DNA from: a virus
IMG/VR virus record: IMGVR_UViG_3300030508_000019
DNA length: 64,000 nucleotides
Strand: one strand, 5' to 3'
Shown: positions 56,376-64,000 of the stretch, in pieces
How the letters are laid out: each line of letters starts with the position of its first letter
Numbering within the stretch: position 1 is the stretch's first letter
Position numbers and translations under genes: made by a program
The notes under the pieces: model-generated
Database searches by the model: none
What the model saw: only the letters and a program-made list of their open reading frames with translations
What the model was told of the DNA's origin: nothing

Positions 56376-56885
56376 ATGAACTATCAAAATAAACTTCAAA
56401 AAATACAAAAAGAGTTTGTGCTGGGAATAAAAGATAAATTCACCTGTATGACTAAATTTGAGCAAGTTTTATGGGAATACGGTCTTCTACCAAAACAAGA
56501 AGAGTTAGATAGGGAAATGTCTAATGAACATTTTTCTCGCTTGATACAAATGGCTATGGAACATACAGATACTCATTCAGATCGAGATCCTGAAAATAGT
56601 GAAGAATTGGATAATGAATACGCAGCGGCTTTTTATTCTGTAAGAGTTTGCCCAATTTGTCATATTACGCAATCCCGTCCATTAGTTGGTAGCGTGAGTG
56701 ATTTAGCTCGAAAAATAACTGCATTAAACCCTCCTCGTTGTGAACGCTGCGCCATTGATTGGATGAAAAAACATCTAGAGAATTCCCCAAAAGGTGAAAA
56801 TGTAGATTTGATAAAACCACTTAGCAAAGAAGAGAAAAAATTTTTTGATGAGTATGAGAAGGAAATGGAAGACTTTGAGGTTTAG
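56376..56885 (+). CDS. hypothetical protein
   Basis: 169 aa. CPICH…CERC. Confidence 0.35.
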   Translation: MNYQNKLQKIQKEFVLGIKDKFTCMTKFEQVLWEYGLLPKQEELDREMSNEHFSRLIQMAMEHTDTHSDRDPENSEELDNEYAAAFYSVRVCPICHITQSRPLVGSVSDLARKITALNPPRCERCAIDWMKKHLENSPKGENVDLIKPLSKEEKKFFDEYEKEMEDFEV

Positions 56886-57108
56886 TGGTATTATTATGGT
56901 ATATGAATATGAATTTCACTGGATTCATGCAAGTCATTCCTAAGCCCACGCACTGGTGGCGGCGTCCACACCAAATACATTTTTCTTTGTGGCCAGCTTG
57001 GCTAGCTCAAGCATTATGCCCGCATAAAGTCAAAACTTATTTCACTGATGATCAATGGCGCTGTGATGATTGTTTCAAATTCAATTTCCATCAAAAGGAA
57101 GACAAATA

Positions 57109-58203
57109 ATGATTCACTCCCTTATTTCGGTTACAGAATCTACATCAATAGAAAGACGAAAAAATAATGTTATAGGTGCAGTTTTTGGACAAGCCATTGG
57201 CGATGCTATAGGACATCCGGTGGAGTTTAAAAAAACTCATTATGTTGTAGACCTAGATATCCCCAATCAATTTACAGATGACACACAAATGTTTTGTGCT
57301 TTGGGTGAGGCGTTAATTGAAGGGAAACCCCATGAAATGGAAGATGTATTCATGGATGTTCTTACTAAGAAGTTTGTTGAATGGCGTACAAATCCTTTAG
57401 GCGGTAATCATCGTGCTCCAGGGGGTACTTGTATGGAAGGAGTTCGAAAATTAGGTGCAAAAGTTCCTTGGACAAAATCTGGAGCTCTAAATGGTAAAGG
57501 TAATGGAACGGCGATGCGTAGCGGTGTCGTAGGGGCGATGTACTGGAAGAATCCTAATTATGCTTTTCGTATAGGAGCTTTGCAAAGCGTCAACACCCAC
57601 AATAATCTAGAAGCGATATTAGGCGGGGGAACAGTTTCTTATCTTGTAGCAGCGGCTATTAATGGTATGAGGTTTTCTATCGCCATATCAAATGTTTTGA
57701 TGCTCTGTTCTCAATTTCTTAATCCATCTGTTATAGCTACTTATCCTCAAAATGTAGCATTCAATGATCTGCGTAAAGGTCAGAGTCCGTGGAAAACCGT
57801 AGCAAAATTCGGCTCCGCATTTGCGTTGGGTATCTCAGATATACAGGTCGGTGAATTCGCTAAATTCAATGGAGATGATTTTTCTGTAGTGCCAGCGGTA
57901 TCCGCCGCTATTTTTTACAATACTAGATTCGCAAATTCAGGTTATGAACAAACAGTGTTAAACGCCGCCAATTTTGGAGATGACGCGGATACTATAGCAG
58001 CTATTAGTGGGACTATCGCCGGAGCTAGACACGGCGTGGATGGTATACCTACATCATGGGTAGAGAATATCGAACAAAGTGAGTACCTCAGGGATTTCTC
58101 AGACCGTTTATGGGAAGCCAGTCTTGCCGCAAATGTAACTGTTGATAATGAAACTCCAGTTGACACGGATAGTCTACTGGATATGGATGAAATCGAATTT
58201 TAA
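57109..58203 (+). CDS. ADP-ribosylglycohydrolase family protein
   Basis: GAVFGQAIGDAIGHPVEF, GTAMRSGVVGAMY and DDADTIAAISGTIAGARHG match ARH/DraG family motifs. Start placed after an AAGGAAG SD. Confidence 0.75.
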   Translation: MIHSLISVTESTSIERRKNNVIGAVFGQAIGDAIGHPVEFKKTHYVVDLDIPNQFTDDTQMFCALGEALIEGKPHEMEDVFMDVLTKKFVEWRTNPLGGNHRAPGGTCMEGVRKLGAKVPWTKSGALNGKGNGTAMRSGVVGAMYWKNPNYAFRIGALQSVNTHNNLEAILGGGTVSYLVAAAINGMRFSIAISNVLMLCSQFLNPSVIATYPQNVAFNDLRKGQSPWKTVAKFGSAFALGISDIQVGEFAKFNGDDFSVVPAVSAAIFYNTRFANSGYEQTVLNAANFGDDADTIAAISGTIAGARHGVDGIPTSWVENIEQSEYLRDFSDRLWEASLAANVTVDNETPVDTDSLLDMDEIEF

Positions 58204-58213
58204 GGAGATAATT

Positions 58214-58936
58214 ATGATCAGCCCACTTCCGGAAATGCTTGAAACTTTAGGGAAAATGCTAGCACCTGGGATGACAGGAAAATTTCTTGACAGCTTTGCC
58301 GCCAATCTCTGCAAACTTCACGATGTAAAGCCAGCTTTCTTGGGGTATAAACCCCCCAATTTTAGCGGCAAAGAAGGGTTCCCCAATACAATTTGTGTCT
58401 CCATAAATGATGAAGTAATTCATGGTATCCCATCGGATAGGAAATTTGAGGAAGGAGATGTTATAAAACTTGATATGGGAATCGAGAAAGACGGGGAGTT
58501 TGACGATGGAGCGATTACCGTACTTTGTGGTACAGTAGATGATGAAGGGCGCATACAAGGGTGCTCTGCGACCGCTAGGAAGCTTGTAGCAGCGACTAAG
58601 GAAGCTCTTGCCGCTGGGGTGCAGCAAGCCAAGGCAGGGAACACAACCCACGATATCGCCAAGGCTGTGGAGACGGTAGCTAAAAATCATGATCTTCATG
58701 TAGTTCATGGTTATGGAGGACACGGTATTGGAAATCAACTACACATGGAACCTCATATCCCGAATGAAGAAGATGGGTCAATCGCAAAAAAATTGGAGTC
58801 CGGAACCAGGGTAGCGATCGAACCCATGCTGGCTACAAATCATGGATTTACTTATGTAGCAGCTGATGGTTGGACGGTAAAGCTTCGTAACGGAGGACTG
58901 GCCGCTCATTTTGAGCAGACGGTAGAGATAAAATAA
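58214..58936 (+). CDS. map: methionine aminopeptidase (M24, type I)
   Basis: HGIPSDRK…GDVIKLDMG…DGAITV…HGYGGHGIGNQLHMEPHI…EPML metal-ligand pattern. SD 'taaggag'. Confidence 0.75.
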   Translation: MISPLPEMLETLGKMLAPGMTGKFLDSFAANLCKLHDVKPAFLGYKPPNFSGKEGFPNTICVSINDEVIHGIPSDRKFEEGDVIKLDMGIEKDGEFDDGAITVLCGTVDDEGRIQGCSATARKLVAATKEALAAGVQQAKAGNTTHDIAKAVETVAKNHDLHVVHGYGGHGIGNQLHMEPHIPNEEDGSIAKKLESGTRVAIEPMLATNHGFTYVAADGWTVKLRNGGLAAHFEQTVEIK

Positions 58937-60445
58937 GATGCGTAGTTGTCAATTTGTGGGCTGTGAGAAGGATGCCAAGCACTGGTTTCCTCCTAGTGAG
59001 AGTAAGAGATGGGTAAAAGGAATGTGGGTATGTTCATCTTGTTACGACAAAATAGCCAGTCATTTTAAAGAGTGTTTTAATGGTATAGGTACTGATGGTC
59101 AAATAAGTAGAGTAAGAAAATACATTAACAAATACGGACTGAGGCTTTGATGCTTACCTGCCCGCCAAGTAATAATACTGGATTTTTGGATGAATAACGA
59201 CGGTGAGAAGCCGCACAAGTGTGATTTCTGGGGCGAGTATTCCGTCATGGTCTGCAACGAACCAGCACCGTACAAGATGACCTACGTCGATGCTGATATC
59301 CAAGTCTGGAAAGCTGACTGGTACTGTAAGCACCATTACGAAATCATGGCGGATGTCATTATGAAAGATCGCGACAACAACTCCCGCCAACGCCGTCGAA
59401 TTGACAGGATGTTGGAGATTAACAATTGGTTTCAGCATGAATGAAATGACAAGTTAGTGGAAGAAGAAGGCGCAAATGAAGAGAATTAGCGACGAGAGCG
59501 GCGAATCGGCGGGTTGGCGCAATTGGGGACGGTTGATGTTGTCGCTGATTCCCGCTGCGCTCGGCGGTGCAGCAGTGCTATGGATAATTGCTGGGTTAGG
59601 ATGGATCGACTTAACCAAAGAGCTACGCATGGAACGGCGGACTATGCAAAGCGTTGGAATCAGTGTCCTCCCAAAAACACCAATTCAGCTACTTGCGCAT
59701 GACGGAACATGCCTCAAGATTCAATCATCCTACATGGATGGTGACCGTCTTCAATTTTATGCTTTCAACTCTTGCCGCCACTGGCTTTTCAACCCGGCTT
59801 TCTACTATCGCGTTAAGGCGCACGATGGCACGGTTGTGGACAGCCACGAGTGGGCTTTCGATGGGGACAGGGATTTAGGGCCACAGGAACGTAGAGAACA
59901 AGTCATTAATCTGGAAAATGATGACAGAGCAGAACAGGTGGAATTGTGGATGCGAAGGTAGCCACAAGGTAAATAATAGTAAAAAAAAATACACGCTCTA
60001 TATGAGTACGGATGGGAAATTGATGGATAAACCAAAGCAAGTAACAGAACAAACTTTACGTGCCCAAGCTGCGGAACTTAGAAAATTTTTTATAAAATTG
60101 GATGCTTGGGAGAAAGGTCTTCGACAAAGAGAACTTCTGTTGAAAAAACAAAAAAGCGAGCATACAGAGCGTAAAAGTGAAAAAGATCAAATGTCCTTTG
60201 ATTTTGATGTTAGTAAAAAAGGTATACTCAAAATGCAAAAAATGTTGGAACCCGGACATTTTAAAGAAGGGGATATGTATGACGGGCTGAAAGAAGAAAT
60301 ATTTAAAAGAGCAAAAGAAAAATACTATAGTCGCTCAAAACCACCCGTTGGTGATGAGATAGATTTTTTGGAGAAGTTGTTTGATTTAGAAGACCCTCGT
60401 AAAGACACAAAGACCCCTACGTAAGAAAACAGTTTTCCCCACGCC

Positions 60446-60480
60446 GGGATCCTGTGCGAAATTAGGATCACCCCCTTTTA
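60446..60480 (+). terminator. rho-independent terminator
   Basis: GGGATCCT-…-AGGATC followed by CCCCCTTTT. Confidence 0.5.
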
Positions 60481-60656
60481 ATCTAATATAATTCTGAAAC
60501 GTGCTCTCCCGTAGGGACAGATGTAAGTTTGGGTTATGGTTGGTAACTGAAGAAGGGTCATAGGCAAAATCTCCTCTGGACTCAGTATTTGATAAAGTGG
60601 GCAAATAAATTGCCCTTACTATCTAAAGGGGTGTATAGATAGAAAAATAAGGATAA

Positions 60657-62189
60657 TTGATTATTATGGCAAGCGAAAATGATGGTAATGTTGTACTCAA
60701 ACGTATATTTGGAATGCTGGCTGACAAGGTTCGCATCTATCAAATTTTAGAAGAAACTGAAGTGCAACGAGACGAATTTGTTTACTGTCAAATTATGCAT
60801 CAAATTGTTTTTGGTGAAAACGGTTTTACAAAAACATTAGGGCATGTTTGGGGTATGGTACATGACCCCCGTTTCCAGGAAATAGAAAATTTAATGATTG
60901 TAGATCGCCACGCTATTTTCGGTGGTGATGCTCGATTAGGTAAGCAATACATAAATGACGATGGAACTTTTACTTCTCCTATATCTGATCTGGAGAAGTA
61001 TTCTGAGATTGTTGGTGAAGGAAGGAATTTTCATAATGTTCTTACTCACCCCGATGAAAAATGTCCTCAACGGTTGTGGTTAGAACGAATTCATCGCGGC
61101 TTTACAAACATTAAACCTCACTCCACTCTTCAATGTATTTGTGCTACCGGTAAAGAAAATCCCACTACATTTAAAGATATGCCCGATGAAATTATATGGG
61201 CATTGATTAAGCAAGAATGCCCCAATCGTGGGTTCAATGCTGACAAAACTCCCAATGCCTACGGTCAATTGATGTATGATCTTATTCGAGCGGATATTAT
61301 CGGACTTATTCATGATTATGCGGAGACTCCTTTGATTGACAGTTATGTTTATTTAAGAGATAACGGCATTATTAAGTACACAGAAACAGAATCCGTAGCT
61401 TCAATAGACCCGTTTGGTTTAGAAAATCCCAGAGTTCTTCAAGAACTAGATATATTGGAACAGGCCCTTACTCACCGTGCTACTTTGCGAATGACGGCCT
61501 TAAAAATTCTCAAAAAAGCAGGGCTACAAAATGAAATCCGTGAGGCTGATTTAACGGATATAGAACGGGATGAATTGTTATGTTTAATATACAGTCATGA
61601 TTACCCTGATGTTGAAAATACAGATAGTACGATGTACAGAGCTGCAATAGATGCTTGGGAAAAACAAATTAAAGAAATTGTTAAAGACTATATTTTATCG
61701 GTAATTACAAAAGATTTGAAGGAACGTGAAACCGTTCAATTGAATCAATTACAATTAGAGTCTAACGAAGCTGTAGATGGTCTGATGAAAGGAACAATTC
61801 AACCTATTAATTCTTACACCGAACCTACGGTAGAAATTCCTACTGAGCAAGAAGAATCGGAAGTTGTTAAATATGCTCGTATGCTGGAAGCTATTATGGG
61901 GAACGAGTTCAAATCCGAACTTTATCTTTTGTTGATTGAAGCAGAAAGACAAAAAAATACGGCTATTGTAGATTTGTTAACTCCAATATTTCTTACTCCA
62001 GATTACCCTTTAGATGAAAAGATTTTTTATAATTTCATTGAAAGTATTAGAATAGGTAGTAGAAGTCTGCGAGCGGATCGTCTGGAGGCGATTCGAGGTA
62101 CGAAGCAAACCGGAATGAACTTAGATCCTGCTAAGACTACGCAAATCGATGAAGAGTTTCACAGCAAGGATTCACCATTTAGAGGTTAA
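60657..62189 (+). CDS. hypothetical protein (510 aa)
   Basis: Long ORF. No motif recognised. Confidence 0.45.
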   Translation: MIIMASENDGNVVLKRIFGMLADKVRIYQILEETEVQRDEFVYCQIMHQIVFGENGFTKTLGHVWGMVHDPRFQEIENLMIVDRHAIFGGDARLGKQYINDDGTFTSPISDLEKYSEIVGEGRNFHNVLTHPDEKCPQRLWLERIHRGFTNIKPHSTLQCICATGKENPTTFKDMPDEIIWALIKQECPNRGFNADKTPNAYGQLMYDLIRADIIGLIHDYAETPLIDSYVYLRDNGIIKYTETESVASIDPFGLENPRVLQELDILEQALTHRATLRMTALKILKKAGLQNEIREADLTDIERDELLCLIYSHDYPDVENTDSTMYRAAIDAWEKQIKEIVKDYILSVITKDLKERETVQLNQLQLESNEAVDGLMKGTIQPINSYTEPTVEIPTEQEESEVVKYARMLEAIMGNEFKSELYLLLIEAERQKNTAIVDLLTPIFLTPDYPLDEKIFYNFIESIRIGSRSLRADRLEAIRGTKQTGMNLDPAKTTQIDEEFHSKDSPFRG

Positions 62190-62741
62190 ATGACTACAGA
62201 CACCCTCTCTTAGAGGGCAATCTATGGCAAACTGTTTGCACCTGGAAGTGGATGACGGCTCTGGTTGCGGTGTGAATGTGACAGAGATTAAAGAACCAGC
62301 ACCAAATGTCGGCAACATCGGTGGAATCGTCAAATTGATTAATGCGACGGTGAAAACTTATACCCAACTTGTAAGAGAAAATACAGACCCTAAAAACCCC
62401 TCACTCCCTCGCCTCCGTCTTATTGGAGGTCAGTTCGTCCGTATCCCACACAAAAATATCTATAATGATTTGATCGGCCCTTCATATATTGCAGCCAGGG
62501 CCTTGGGGTATAGGGGTGGAATCGGCCGCTGGGCTGACTTGGTTCGAGAAAATATTTCTCTTTAGCCGAATCCAGTCAACACCCACTAATTCACATGCCA
62601 CCTTGTAGGGCCCCGTACATACGACCTAAGCACAAGTTTACTCTGAGCATCAAAACTTTCCCGGTTATAAGTTGTTGATTTTAAATACTTTAAAAATATC
62701 CATTTTCAGTGTTTCCGATGTATACTAGGGATGGAGGCGAT

Positions 62742-63647
62742 ATGACAAAGAAAAGTAGCTCTGATGTGGCGGCTGATTTGAAAAGTGCAATGGGTTCCGC
62801 TGCCGATGCAAAGACTATTCTCGATACACCAGATAAGAAAACCGCCAGCCGTTCCACATGGAAGGGTTATATTTCCGCTTTTGGCGTTATGCTGATTCCC
62901 GCCGCAACCCTGAAAGCCACTGATGTTGATGCTATCGAAACCCACATGTACCATAGCGCTGCTTGTCCGAATCGTTTGGTGCAGAAATACACCTGCTCTT
63001 GCTGCGACACCGAAGTCCCCAACGCTCGTACAAACGCCCTTAAGGGTGTAGAAGTGGGGGACAAAGTCATTACTCTCACTCAAGCGGAATTAGACGCTCA
63101 GAAGCCCACTAGTGACAAAATTCTCAAAGTCACCGAGTTTGTTCCCGCTGATGCGATTGATGTTACCTACTACGAATCCAGCGAATACATCGCCGCTGAT
63201 AAGGGTGGGGAAAAAGCCTTCGCCACATTCCAGCAAGCCTTGGCGCAAACGGGGCGTATCGCTATCGGCACCTTCGTAAGCCGCGGTCACCAATACACTG
63301 TTGCACTTCGCCCCAAGGGTCAGTATGGTATCGTCATGTCTTATTTGTTCGCGGAATATGAAGTTCGCAACTGCGGCAAGTGGACGCCTGTTGTTGTCAA
63401 TCCGGCAGAAGTTGATTTGGTCAAGCAGCTTATGACTGAAACCGAACTGGCAAAAGAAGTATTCACCCCCGCCGCCTATGACCCCTATCTCTCTGGCGTG
63501 CGCAAGATGATTGCTGCTAAGGCAAATGGTACGGAAGTTTGCACCCCGGCTGCGGACGAAGTTCCCAAGGCTACGGATGATTTGTTGGCGGCGTTGAAAG
63601 CTACCCTGGAGCAGCAAAAGGCAAAGGCTGCAAAGGCTGGTGTATAA
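62742..63647 (+). CDS. ku: Ku-like DNA end-binding protein
   Basis: RSTWKGYISAFGVMLIPAATLKAT, TYYESSEYIAAD and GRIAIGTFVSRGHQYTVALRPKGQYGIVMSYLFAEYEV match bacterial Ku. It has an extra Cys cluster insertion. Start set after a GGAGG SD. Confidence 0.8.
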   Translation: MTKKSSSDVAADLKSAMGSAADAKTILDTPDKKTASRSTWKGYISAFGVMLIPAATLKATDVDAIETHMYHSAACPNRLVQKYTCSCCDTEVPNARTNALKGVEVGDKVITLTQAELDAQKPTSDKILKVTEFVPADAIDVTYYESSEYIAADKGGEKAFATFQQALAQTGRIAIGTFVSRGHQYTVALRPKGQYGIVMSYLFAEYEVRNCGKWTPVVVNPAEVDLVKQLMTETELAKEVFTPAAYDPYLSGVRKMIAAKANGTEVCTPAADEVPKATDDLLAALKATLEQQKAKAAKAGV

Positions 63648-63669
63648 GGCTGCAAAGGCTGGTGTATAA
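63626..63669. repeat. perfect 22-bp tandem duplication spanning the ku stop codon
   Basis: 'ggctgcaaaggctggtgtataa' occurs twice, at 63626-63647 and 63648-63669. Confidence 0.85.
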
Positions 63670-63765
63670 ATGGATCAGGTCAATACCCCAACCCCAACGC
63701 CTAAAGGCGGATTTAGTATGCCGCATACCCATGCGACTCGTTAAGAAAGGCACCAAGGAGAAACT

Positions 63766-64000
63766 ATGACAATCTACTATAAACTCACGACGCAAGAAGG
63801 AAAGACTCGTAATGAAACTCAATGGGGAGAGAATGTAACTCATGAGGCTACGGGAGACATTAAACAAGACTTGTGCTCCAATGCATGGATACATGCGTAC
63901 ACTCATCCCCTACTCGCTGTGCTTATGAACCCGGTTCATGCAGATATAGAGAATCCCATCCTTTGGGAAGGAAAGGGAGAAGGGGAGGCAAAATTCGAAC
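63766..64000 (+). CDS. hypothetical protein (partial, runs off the window)
   Basis: ORF with SD 'aaggag' and no stop before the window end. Confidence 0.3.
   Translation, partial: MTIYYKLTTQEGKTRNETQWGENVTHEATGDIKQDLCSNAWIHAYTHPLLAVLMNPVHADIENPILWEGKGEGEAKFE

Noticed and set aside
62706-63617. Minus-strand ORFs antisense to ku (125 and 175 aa), and other long antisense ORFs (6155-6721, 17643-18092, 26021-26518, 27044-27622, 40845-41315)
   Set aside because: Each is embedded opposite a plus-strand gene that has clear homology or an RBS. They have no RBS and show compositional mirror bias. They are treated as shadow ORFs.
1-64000. CRISPR array or rRNA genes
   Set aside because: No series of regularly spaced identical repeats was found, and no 16S/23S/5S-like conserved stretches.

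Overview
This 64-kb window is gene-dense and almost entirely plus-strand coding, with Shine-Dalgarno-type ribosome binding sites; my estimate of GC content is about 45 %. It reads as part of a very large phage-like (jumbo/mega-phage) genome rather than a typical bacterial chromosome. A cellular origin is not fully excluded, because it also carries a permease, an ABC transporter and an OmpA-like protein.

Recognisable content:
- Nucleotide-metabolism and DNA-modification module: N6A/N4C and C5 methyltransferases, a Nudix hydrolase, a divergent ThyX, dCMP deaminase and a MazG-like protein.
- Fe-S cluster assembly pair IscA plus IscU, and a 7Fe ferredoxin.
- An intact TnpB-only IS200/IS605 element.
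- Replication and repair: NAD-dependent DNA ligase and a Ku homolog.
- A proteasome-type (ARC/Mpa-like) AAA ATPase, translationally coupled to a small acidic Pup-like ORF, next to an HD-domain (p)ppGpp-hydrolase-like gene.
- A tRNA-end toolkit: a Thg1-like 3'-5' nucleotidyltransferase, a Pth2-like peptidyl-tRNA hydrolase and methionine aminopeptidase.
- An ADP-ribosylglycohydrolase.
- Three HNH endonucleases.
- Several tRNA islands with at least 25 tRNA or tRNA-like genes, including complete Arg (6 anticodons) and Ser (4 anticodons) sets, and tRNA-His with an encoded G-1.

Unexplained structure worth follow-up:
- A multi-copy small-protein family ('MCL…AWKIV…IPVEI-DIT-IGTDG…KIRL-PIKKK'), one copy of which is split by a tRNA island.
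- An in-frame TAA between two adjacent large ORFs.
- A duplicated consensus promoter plus conserved leader, present 10.6 kb apart.
- tRNA-like genes with atypical architecture.

There is no CRISPR array and no rRNA. All tRNA anticodon assignments were folded by eye and need confirmation with tRNAscan-SE or ARAGORN.
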